Part shown: positions 19,267-27,599 of the stretch, piece by piece
How positions within the stretch are numbered: the stretch's first letter is position 1
How the letters are laid out: each line of letters starts with the position of its first letter
Notes under the pieces: generated by a model
Database searches by the model: none
Told to the model about the DNA's origin: nothing
What the model saw: the letters and a program-made list of their open reading frames with translations, nothing else
DNA from: Bdellovibrionota bacterium
GTDB lineage: Bacteria; Bdellovibrionota; Bdellovibrionia; Bdellovibrionales; JAEYZS01
Reading direction: 5' to 3'
NCBI GenBank assembly: GCA_040386775.1
Contig: JAZKEU010000013.1
Coordinates: 76,005-140,004 of the forward strand
DNA length: 64,000 nt
Position numbers and translations under genes: made by a program

Positions 19267-20046
19267 TCAATGAGCAGTCGTGACGGTGGGATTTAGCCCG
19301 ATAAAGTTCTGTTGGATTCTGCGATGAGATTCTTCTGCTAGCAAAATAGGCTCTGCAGCTTGGATTTCATTTAATAATCTCAACTCCACCAAAACGTTTC
19401 TCTTGCCCATCAATTCCCATAAGTGTGCGAGAAAGTCCATATCTCCATACCAGCAAACGAAATCTCTATTGCCAGTATCAAAGAGTTTTCCGTCGATTTT
19501 GAGATAATTGATGCAAACAGGAGAGACGGGAACATGAGAATCTAGTGAGGCCTGGAAGAGTGGTTTCTTAAATCTCAAAACAGATTCTGCATTGGTGCTT
19601 GTAGCTTCGGGAAAGATAGCAACAGGAATATTTTTTTGTAAAGCAGTAGTGAGTTCTTTGATTTCATTTGAAAGATTGCTTTTATTTCTTCGTTCAACAT
19701 AAAGACAGCCACCGAGTTTTGTGATCAGACCTAGAACTGGAATTTCTCTAATTTCAACGGAAGTCACAAAAGTGGATGGAAACTGAGAACATAAAATTAA
19801 AATGTCTAAGTAAGAGAGGTGATTTGAAACTAGAAATTTCATATCGTTGGTCATTCCATATTTTTTGACTCGAACTCCGGCTAATCGCAAAGCGAGAGAG
19901 CTGTACCAGCTCATGACATAAATGATTTTGGATCTGAAAATCCAAATGTCTCTGTATATCATAGAGAGGATAAAGCTGTGGACAATGTAGATAACCATTA
20001 AACTCAAAAACGAAATGAATTTTAGGCCTTGAACTATCTTCTTCAT
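19267..20046 (-). CDS. lysophospholipid (PlsC-family) acyltransferase, OlsA-like
   Basis: HxxxxD motif NHLSYLD and the FPEATS motif. N-terminal TM segment. Start/stop abuts the GNAT gene (shared nt 20046). Confidence 0.8.
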   Translation of the reverse strand: MKKIVQGLKFISFLSLMVIYIVHSFILSMIYRDIWIFRSKIIYVMSWYSSLALRLAGVRVKKYGMTNDMKFLVSNHLSYLDILILCSQFPSTFVTSVEIREIPVLGLITKLGGCLYVERRNKSNLSNEIKELTTALQKNIPVAIFPEATSTNAESVLRFKKPLFQASLDSHVPVSPVCINYLKIDGKLFDTGNRDFVCWYGDMDFLAHLWELMGKRNVLVELRLLNEIQAAEPILLAEESHRRIQQNFIGLNPTVTTAH

Positions 20047-20873
20047 TAAAAGTATCTAGCCTTAAATCTTTCGTTGATGGTTCTTAAATCAAGCACCGTT
20101 AAAAAATCTATACAATCAAAGTCATAATCTACAGCAGGATAGCCATGAATCTTTGCTCCGGCTTTGATATAAGACTTTAGGAGTGAAGGAATTTTTTCTT
20201 CGACCAATTCAGATTTAAAATAACCAGGCTTAAAATCAAATTTTTCAAATTGAAAGTCAGATGTGGGATGAATCTCGTAGTCAAAGGAGTGATGCTCTTT
20301 TAAAGACTGGAAGATAACCATAGAAAGGCCAGGATCAATAGTTTTAACACTAGCACACCCGAATAGATAATCTGCATTTGTTTTTTTTGCATATTCTCCT
20401 ATTCCTTTCCAAATGAGATTGAGAGTGATTCCATTTCTGAAAAATCTATGTGTGCAGGCTCTTCCGAGTTCTAATTTAATTCCCGGAGAACTTAAAAATT
20501 TTTGAAGCGTGAATTCATTTTGAGAATAGAAGTCATCAGTGAATGTTGAGCAAAGAAGACGGTAGGTACCGATGACTTCGTTGGTGATTTTATTTTTAAC
20601 AACAATATGATCAGCAATAAGATCATAACGATCAAAATCAACTCCCATAAATTTTCTTTTACCCAGACCTTCTTTGATAAAGACTTGGTATCGGAGTTTT
20701 AGAATTTGTTCGAGTTCTTGTTTTGTTTCGGCGGTCTTAACAATGTAGTCGCCCAGTTCTAATTTGAAGTTGATTTTTGGTTGGAAGGATTTGAGCTTGA
20801 GATTCAGTAATTGGCTGCGGAAGTCGACGATGTCCTTGGTCTTTTGAATGACGTTCAGAGCTGTAGCTTTCAT
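20046..20873 (-). CDS. GNAT-family N-acyltransferase, OlsB-like (aminolipid synthesis)
   Basis: 275 aa. Pairing with a PlsC-type gene and hemolysin-like/OlsB-type sequence features (YRLRYQVFIKE..., GRACTHRFFRNG). SD AGAGGGGG lies upstream of the ATG. Confidence 0.65.
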   Translation of the reverse strand: MKATALNVIQKTKDIVDFRSQLLNLKLKSFQPKINFKLELGDYIVKTAETKQELEQILKLRYQVFIKEGLGKRKFMGVDFDRYDLIADHIVVKNKITNEVIGTYRLLCSTFTDDFYSQNEFTLQKFLSSPGIKLELGRACTHRFFRNGITLNLIWKGIGEYAKKTNADYLFGCASVKTIDPGLSMVIFQSLKEHHSFDYEIHPTSDFQFEKFDFKPGYFKSELVEEKIPSLLKSYIKAGAKIHGYPAVDYDFDCIDFLTVLDLRTINERFKARYF

Positions 20874-20958
20874 AAAAACCCCCTCTTTTCCTATTATACT
20901 AATCGGAAATTTTTATGAGGAGGTGTTAGTCTTATGTTAGGGCTAAGTTACGCTTCCG

Positions 20959-22728
20959 TTAGAGGCAGCTTGCGACAGCTTTCGCTGTCAGAAGTTGGTA
21001 GTCTGCTCCCAGTGCGGATTGCTCATCCTTTGTGTATTCACCTGCAATATTGGTATTGATATTCATACAGTTAGTGATGCGGGCTTTAGTCTCAGTAGAA
21101 ATACCTTTTGGTTTTTTAATTCCTGCGTGAACAGCATTGGTATAAAGATCAGCTTCTCTTCTCGCATACAGATCTTCTTCTGTAGGATTTGGATTTGCGT
21201 AGACTTCAAAGTCTGGCAAGATACCGGTGATTTGATTTGTGCTGCCATCAGCAAAGTGAAATCTCGCCGCTGTACTCAAGAGTTGAGTTCCTTCGATTTC
21301 ATCAAGCCCCACAGTTCTAGGGTCTGTAGGTCCCTGTTGCATGGTTCCCTTGCCGTAAGATCTTACGCCAACGGTGACAACTCTACCGTAAGATTGAAGA
21401 GCTCCAGGCAATAATTCCGAAGCTGAACCAGAACGTGCATCTTGTAAAACAACAAGAGGTTTTTTGTTGAATAGATTGTACAGCTCCTCGGCTTGTGGAG
21501 CGTACAACATTTGTCTGGTTGCAATGGCCATACTGTTATTTTTAACAGAATTTATCAATAAATTGGTTTGGGGATCTTGAAACAATAAAAGATTTTGATT
21601 AACTTCTACAAAACTTGAAACCATACATAGAACTTCTCTGAGATCCCCGCCTGCATTACCGCGAACATCTAAAATTAAAGATTCCGCCCCTTGCGAATGT
21701 AAATCTTTTGCTAAGGTTACAAAGTCTTTGCAGAGATCTTTTTGCATAAAGGAATGAAGACGAATGTGGCCAATCTTTTGCTTGGTCCTAGAGTTAGTAA
21801 TTATTTTTCCATCAAGAATTTTTATAGATATGGGACGACGAGTGATGGTGAGCTCAATTCTTTTACCGGCTCTTAAAACAGTAATGGAAACGGAGGTGTT
21901 CTCTTCTCCTAATAATAAATCAATTATGTTATTAAATTCTTCACGGTCTTTAGGTTGAACAGCCCTCCCGTTGATGTGCGTGAGAATATCTTTTTTTCTT
22001 ACCCCTGCCGCAAGAGATGGGCTTTCTTCCATAGGATAAAGTTCAATCTTCAATTCACGATTAAATGAAAGTTGCGAGCCAATCCCTGTGAAGGTTTCTT
22101 CTTTTGTGTTCATCATTTCTTCGGTTTCTTTTATGGACCAGAGATTGGTGTGGGGATCAACTGCGCTATTGAGATATGAATTGATGGCCATGGCCAAAAC
22201 TTGACCACGATACTTAGAAATTTTTTGAGCTAAAGCTTCGTTCAATAATGCGGCAAAAGAAACCGGATCGTTTTGAGTTTCGGCAAAAAGAGCTCTCCAT
22301 GCTTGATGACTTTGTTTGGTGGCGAGATCGTTTTCTTTGGCGAGTTGAACAGGAGTTTTATTTGAATCAGGTTTGAATAGGGTGTTGATTTTTTGAAGCT
22401 GAATATTTTCTACTGCTTTTACAACCTCTCCTATTTCCGGTAGTTTTTGAGTTCTATAATTTGTAAAAATCATGGGAACATCTGCATTATTTAAAAGAGT
22501 ATTTACCGCTAGGATACACCCTAAGAATGCCTGCTCGTTTGCGTAACATCTTTCTTGAGACAAAAGATTTCTTACATTCTGATCATTCAGCTGGGAGTGA
22601 GTCGCGAAATAATCTGGAGCTTCTTCCTCGGCAAAGGCCATTTCTGAAGAGGCCACTGTCATTGCAGCCAAGGTGATCATTAATCTTATTACGAATATTT
22701 GAATAGTATCTATTACCCCTAAGTTCAT
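20959..22728 (-). CDS. S41 C-terminal processing peptidase with PDZ domain (paralog 1)
   Basis: Ser/Lys dyad contexts GSASELLPGAL and YGKGTMQ, with a PDZ-like segment. Start moved to the ATG at 22728 because the same 10-mer (CGTGGGGTAC) lies 5 nt upstream of the ATG in both paralogs. Signal-like N-terminus ends AFA. Confidence 0.85.
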   Translation of the reverse strand: MNLGVIDTIQIFVIRLMITLAAMTVASSEMAFAEEEAPDYFATHSQLNDQNVRNLLSQERCYANEQAFLGCILAVNTLLNNADVPMIFTNYRTQKLPEIGEVVKAVENIQLQKINTLFKPDSNKTPVQLAKENDLATKQSHQAWRALFAETQNDPVSFAALLNEALAQKISKYRGQVLAMAINSYLNSAVDPHTNLWSIKETEEMMNTKEETFTGIGSQLSFNRELKIELYPMEESPSLAAGVRKKDILTHINGRAVQPKDREEFNNIIDLLLGEENTSVSITVLRAGKRIELTITRRPISIKILDGKIITNSRTKQKIGHIRLHSFMQKDLCKDFVTLAKDLHSQGAESLILDVRGNAGGDLREVLCMVSSFVEVNQNLLLFQDPQTNLLINSVKNNSMAIATRQMLYAPQAEELYNLFNKKPLVVLQDARSGSASELLPGALQSYGRVVTVGVRSYGKGTMQQGPTDPRTVGLDEIEGTQLLSTAARFHFADGSTNQITGILPDFEVYANPNPTEEDLYARREADLYTNAVHAGIKKPKGISTETKARITNCMNINTNIAGEYTKDEQSALGADYQLLTAKAVASCL

Positions 22729-22913
22729 TCCCAGTACCCCACGCACCTTATAAATATAAAGCTTTCCCCACGAAAACTTTTTTTCTATTTATCTTTTGCG
22801 AACTTACGAAGTTATGAACATTTCCACAATACCCGATTGAGTGTTAGAAAAAATGATACGCTTTTTCGTATATTAAATAACGGATGTGAATGCGGCTTAT
22901 AAAGTATTTTTAT

Positions 22914-24605
22914 TTACTCTCTACCGAAAGAGCAGCTAGCCGCTTCGCGTGCCACAAGAAGTTGGTAATCTAGTGCTACTTCTGAAGAAGGATTTGAATA
23001 TTCAGTGGAAAGCATATTTCTTGTTTTAATGCACAAATTGATTTTGTCTATGGCAAATTTAGGAAACGTTACGGGTGCTTTCGCCGCGACAATCACATTA
23101 GGATAAAGATCGGCTTCTCTTAAAGCAAAGTAATCAGCGCTTTTTGCATCTGGCTTTGAGTGTACTAAAATGTCTGGCTGAATGCCGTGAAGCTGATTTG
23201 AAGTTCCATTAGCAAAATGGAATCTAGCTACAGTTTTCATCATCATCATTCCTGTAAATATGCGGGTGACAAAAGAATTTTGAGAACGCTGTAATGTACC
23301 TTTTCCAAAACTTCTCTCCCCAATCACGATAGCTCTTCCGTAAGTCACAAGCGAACCGGCAAGAAGTTCCGACGCTGAAGCGGAATCCGCATTTTGAAGT
23401 ATATAGAGAGGTTTTTTTCCGTACAAATTAAAAAGTGGCGCATCCTTCGTTGACTTATGAAGGCCAGCCTCTTTAATCACTTCTCCAGTAGCAGGATCTC
23501 TCTTCGTAACAATTATTTTATTCTTATCTATATACATTTCTGCAATGCATACGGCCTCACTGACAGATCCTCCCCCATTACTTCTTAGGTCTAAAATAAG
23601 GACTTCTGCCCCTTGACGTCTAAGATTTGTAGCAGCGTTAATGAACTGCGTGCACACTCCCGTAACGTTAAATCTTGCAATTTTAATGTAACCAATTTTT
23701 TTATGAGGCATAAGAGGATCAGATAAAATTTTTGAATGAATATTTTTAAGTTGATAGGCTGTTCTTACAACTTGGATATCAACGGGTTGCTTTTTTCTTT
23801 CTACAGTGAGTGTAACGGTTGTATTCTCAACGCCTCTGATAAGAGCAACAACTTCTTCTTGGCCGAGATTAGACACATCTCTTCCGTCAACTTTCAAAAG
23901 AGCATCTAAATTTTTAATCCCGCTTCTTTCTGCAGAGCCATCTTCCATCGGTTGTAAAATGTATTGTTCATTTAATTTTTTAACATAAACTCCGGCACCA
24001 ATTAGTTTTTCTTCGCTTTTGGCGTAAGTTGCATCCCAAGTTACTTTTGGCAGAATATACGTGTGCGGGTCTAAAGATGCGCTGTAGAAAGCATTTATAG
24101 CCTTTCCAATTTTAGCTTTATTATTATTGATTTGCGAGAGGGCGATTGTTTCCTTGAGGAGTTGATCGATATTAAGGCGATAATGTATTGTAGAAAAATA
24201 GAATTGCTTCCATGAATTATTGATTTGAATATTTGTTACTTTAAATTTTTCCCAAGAATCAGCGCTTTTGAAGTCCACAAGGGGGGCTTCATAATTTTTT
24301 ATTAAAATTGGTCCTATTTGGAGCACGGTCTGCTTCATCGAAGCTAGGTTTTTGATTTGATTGTTGGAAAGGACTTTGTTCTTCTCTCTCAGAAGAGAGT
24401 TCATCGCTGCGATACAACCTAGAAACTCATCAGGATTCTTGTAGCATCTTTCGGTGTTAACGTACTCTTCAAGGGAGCTCGTACTGAGATTCGTAGAATC
24501 CCAATCACTAGCAAATGCCATCTCAGGCGCAGCAATCGAAATTGCTCCCAGTGCGATGACTATTCGAATTAGCATTATACCCAGAGATTCTAGACCCCAT
24601 CTCAT
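22914..24605 (-). CDS. S41 C-terminal processing peptidase with PDZ domain (paralog 2)
   Basis: SASASELLAGSL and FGKGTLQ. Shares ARFHFA-G--NQ--GI-PD and a C-terminal A-SC tail with paralog 1. Signal-like N-terminus ends AFA. Confidence 0.85.
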   Translation of the reverse strand: MRWGLESLGIMLIRIVIALGAISIAAPEMAFASDWDSTNLSTSSLEEYVNTERCYKNPDEFLGCIAAMNSLLREKNKVLSNNQIKNLASMKQTVLQIGPILIKNYEAPLVDFKSADSWEKFKVTNIQINNSWKQFYFSTIHYRLNIDQLLKETIALSQINNNKAKIGKAINAFYSASLDPHTYILPKVTWDATYAKSEEKLIGAGVYVKKLNEQYILQPMEDGSAERSGIKNLDALLKVDGRDVSNLGQEEVVALIRGVENTTVTLTVERKKQPVDIQVVRTAYQLKNIHSKILSDPLMPHKKIGYIKIARFNVTGVCTQFINAATNLRRQGAEVLILDLRSNGGGSVSEAVCIAEMYIDKNKIIVTKRDPATGEVIKEAGLHKSTKDAPLFNLYGKKPLYILQNADSASASELLAGSLVTYGRAIVIGERSFGKGTLQRSQNSFVTRIFTGMMMMKTVARFHFANGTSNQLHGIQPDILVHSKPDAKSADYFALREADLYPNVIVAAKAPVTFPKFAIDKINLCIKTRNMLSTEYSNPSSEVALDYQLLVAREAASCSFGRE

Positions 24606-24807
24606 AAATCGTACCCCACGATTGTTATTCAGAACCGAGAGTCAGTACCCACTTGCACTCTCATTACCCGAGATAGAACATACAGGAGATGTGTGTTTTT
24701 ACTCAATAATTGCTCCTCAAATGGAAAAAAAGATATGTTGTTTCAGGCACTTAATTACATTCTCAAATACCACCCATAACTTTTTATTTGGTTAGGGTGA
24801 ATTTCTT

Positions 24808-24836
24808 TTGCAAAAGAGACAATTTTACATATAAAT
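24808..24836 (+). promoter_or_regulatory. candidate sigma-70-type promoter for the DHS-like gene
   Basis: TTGCAA (24808..24813), a 17-nt spacer, then ATAAAT (24831..24836), 27 nt upstream of the ATG. AGGAGA SD follows. By-eye match only in an AT-rich spacer. Confidence 0.3.
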
Positions 24837-24863
24837 AGCTGAAAATATTAGGAGAGCCTCACA

Positions 24864-25859
24864 ATGCCAACTCAAACAAAAGCACACACAAACGTCGGCC
24901 CAATTAGCCAATTTATCGACCACCATTACAGACACTTTAATGCTGCGGCCTTAAAAGATGCAGCGAACGGTTACAAAGATCACCTTAACAGCGGCGGAAA
25001 AATGTTTGTGACTCTTGCGGGTGCAATGAGTACGGCAGAACTTGGATTGTCACTTGCTGAAATGATTAGACAGGACAAAGTTCACGCAATTTCTTGCACC
25101 GGTGCAAACCTTGAAGAAGATGTTTTTAACTTAGTTGCGCATGAACATTACGTGAGAGTTCCCAATTATAGAGAATTGACGGCAGCAGATGAAGAAGCGC
25201 TTTTAGAAAGACATTTGAATCGTGTGACAGACACTTGTATTCCTGAAGGCGAAGCTATTCGTAGAGTCGAAAAAGTGATTCTGGCAAAATGGGCAGAATA
25301 CTCCAAAGAAAAAAAATCATTCCTACCGCATGAATTCTTTTACCAAATTCTTCTCGAAGGTTCGCTAAAAGAATTTTACCAAATTGATCCTAAAAATTCT
25401 TGGTTGCTTGCGGCGGCAGAAAAAAATCTGCCAATCATCGTTCCGGGCTGGGAAGATTCTACGATCGGAAATATCTTTGCGGGTCGTATCATCGAAGGAA
25501 AAGTAGATCGCACAGTTATGAAAACGGGAATCGATTACATGATTTACCTTTCAAAGTGGTACCAAGAAGTTGAGAAAAAACACTCTATCGGATTCTTCCA
25601 AATCGGTGGCGGTATTGCGGGTGACTTCCCAATTTGTGTTGTTCCAATGATCCAACAAGATCTGGAAAAAGATGTGAGACGTTGGGGTTACTTCTGTCAA
25701 ATCAGTGATTCTACGACGAGTTATGGTTCGTACTCAGGTGCGGTGCCGAACGAGAAAATCACTTGGGGCAAGCTTTCTAAGGAAACTCCGAAGTTCATTA
25801 TCGAATCGGATGCTTCGATCGTGGCTCCATTGGTATTTGCTTACGTTCTAAATCAATAA
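24864..25859 (+). CDS. deoxyhypusine synthase-like protein
   Basis: 331 aa. LAGAMSTAELG, CTGANLEEDVFNLV and QIGGGIAGDFP are characteristic of the bacterial DHS-like family. Confidence 0.78.
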   Translation: MPTQTKAHTNVGPISQFIDHHYRHFNAAALKDAANGYKDHLNSGGKMFVTLAGAMSTAELGLSLAEMIRQDKVHAISCTGANLEEDVFNLVAHEHYVRVPNYRELTAADEEALLERHLNRVTDTCIPEGEAIRRVEKVILAKWAEYSKEKKSFLPHEFFYQILLEGSLKEFYQIDPKNSWLLAAAEKNLPIIVPGWEDSTIGNIFAGRIIEGKVDRTVMKTGIDYMIYLSKWYQEVEKKHSIGFFQIGGGIAGDFPICVVPMIQQDLEKDVRRWGYFCQISDSTTSYGSYSGAVPNEKITWGKLSKETPKFIIESDASIVAPLVFAYVLNQ

Positions 25860-25870
25860 ATTCCTGTCAC

Positions 25871-25903
25871 AAACCAGCGCGTTATTGACACGAGCTGGTT
25901 TTG
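25871..25903 (+). terminator. candidate rho-independent terminator
   Basis: AAACCAGC (25871..25878) pairs with GCTGGTTT (25894..25901), with a 15-nt loop and a short T run. Confidence 0.4.
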
Positions 25904-25965
25904 ATAATTTAATTTTCAACGAAACATAAACCGACCGAAAAATAAACCACTTTTAAGGGGGATCT

Positions 25966-26379
25966 ATGAACTACGTATCATTTTTATTTGCTATGGCTTT
26001 AGTCATCGCAAACAGTGCAAATGCCTCAGAACAAAAATCAGTTTCTTTTGATTATAACAACACTAAAGCTTACTACTCTTGCAGTTATGCCGAAGCTCAA
26101 ATGGCTAAGGTTTTAACAGCTATCGGAGCAACTGAAGTTTCAACAGATTGTTCAGGTGGAATTGATAACGATCAATTATGGCCAGTGTCTGTGGATGCTA
26201 ATTTTTCTCATGACCTACAAGGCGGAAAAGCTGTTGTTCTTAAGGGCAATGAATCTTGTGATTTCAATGTAAAATTGATCAAAGCTGTATTGTCTACCGT
26301 GGATCATGAAGTAGTTAAAGCTCAAGACAATTGCTGGGACGCAGACGGAAGCTTTAAGTACGAAGTTTACATAAAATAA
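25966..26379 (+). CDS. small secreted Cys-containing hypothetical protein
   Basis: GGGGGA SD and signal peptide MNYVSFLFAMALVIANSANA. No recognisable domain. Confidence 0.5.
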   Translation: MNYVSFLFAMALVIANSANASEQKSVSFDYNNTKAYYSCSYAEAQMAKVLTAIGATEVSTDCSGGIDNDQLWPVSVDANFSHDLQGGKAVVLKGNESCDFNVKLIKAVLSTVDHEVVKAQDNCWDADGSFKYEVYIK

Positions 26380-26420
26380 TTTTTTCTTCATCAATTTAGC
26401 TGGTCTTGAAAATTATTAAA

Positions 26421-26451
26421 AAAGCTCTTAGATTGTCTAAGGGCTTTTTTT
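26421..26451 (+). terminator. rho-independent terminator
   Basis: AAAGCTCTTAG / CTAAGGGCTTT 11-bp stem (one G-U), 5-nt loop, followed by a T7 run. Confidence 0.75.
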
Positions 26452-26461
26452 ATTTCTACAT

Positions 26462-27547
26462 TTGGAGATTAATTTGGAAAACGAAGTTGTAAATACAATC
26501 ACACAAGTCACAACCGGGGATCTTATTTGGGGTAATCCTTTTGTGGATTGGGTGAGGGCTGCCATAATATTTGCAGTCGTTATTCTGGCCAGTGGAGCTA
26601 TTAAATTCATTGCAAAAACGATCTATAAAAAACATTTTTCAGAAAAAGACGATGAGATTACATTCAGATCATTTTTATTTTCAAATATTGCAAAACTCAA
26701 TTTTCTAGTTGCGATTTTCATTGCTCTCTATCCTGCAATCATAAGTTTAGTTATGCCACCAAGAGTGGACCGTATTGCTAAATACTTATTTATAATTGCG
26801 GCTTTCGGGCAGATTTTAATTTGGGCAAGCAATACGCTAGAGCTTTACGGAAAAAAATATCTTCAACAGCATCCTGATTCAGCGACAGCAATGAATGTGT
26901 TCTCACTCATGTGGAAGATTGCTGCCTATACGATCATACTCTTGGTTATGCTTGATCAACTGGGATTCAATATCAATGCCTTGATTGCGGGTCTTGGGGT
27001 CGGTGGTATTGCGGTGGCCTTTGCTCTTCAAAACGTGTTGGGCGATGTCTTTGGTTCACTCGCCATTATTTTTGATAAGCCCTTTAAAGTTGGCGACGTA
27101 ATTCAGATCGGAACCTTTATAGGCAGAGTGGAAAAAGTAGGGCTTAAGACAACTAGAATTCGTTCGCAGAGAGGCGAGCAGCTCGTGTTTTCTAACAATG
27201 AGATACTTAAATCCACAATTCAAAACTATGGTGACCTGCAGGAAAGACGTGTCAGTATGCTGTTGGGGGTCACTTATGAAACTCCTTTTGAGATCTTGAA
27301 AAAAGTCCCGGAAGTTGTCCGCGAAGCAATTTTCTCTAGAAAAAACACGAGTGTAGACCATATCACTCTTAAAGAATTTGCCGAATCCAGCATTAATTTT
27401 GAGGTTTGGTATTACATCCGCATTACCGAAGAACAGGCGTGGCCAGAAATTGAGCACGAAATTAATCTAGAAATAGTCCGTCTTTTTGAAAAGGAAGGGA
27501 TTTCCTTTGCCTATCCGACGCGCACGGTTTATACAAAGAGTCTTTAA
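26462..27547 (+). CDS. MscS-family mechanosensitive channel
   Basis: TM-rich N-terminus and the MscS beta-domain signature GDVIQIGTFIGRVEKVGLKTTRIRSQRGEQLVFSNNEI. TTG start is uncertain (26462 or 26474). Confidence 0.85.
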   Translation: MEINLENEVVNTITQVTTGDLIWGNPFVDWVRAAIIFAVVILASGAIKFIAKTIYKKHFSEKDDEITFRSFLFSNIAKLNFLVAIFIALYPAIISLVMPPRVDRIAKYLFIIAAFGQILIWASNTLELYGKKYLQQHPDSATAMNVFSLMWKIAAYTIILLVMLDQLGFNINALIAGLGVGGIAVAFALQNVLGDVFGSLAIIFDKPFKVGDVIQIGTFIGRVEKVGLKTTRIRSQRGEQLVFSNNEILKSTIQNYGDLQERRVSMLLGVTYETPFEILKKVPEVVREAIFSRKNTSVDHITLKEFAESSINFEVWYYIRITEEQAWPEIEHEINLEIVRLFEKEGISFAYPTRTVYTKSL

Positions 27548-27599
27548 AAATCACGATCTTAACTAAATAATTAGTAAGGCATAAAAGGAACAGTCCACC

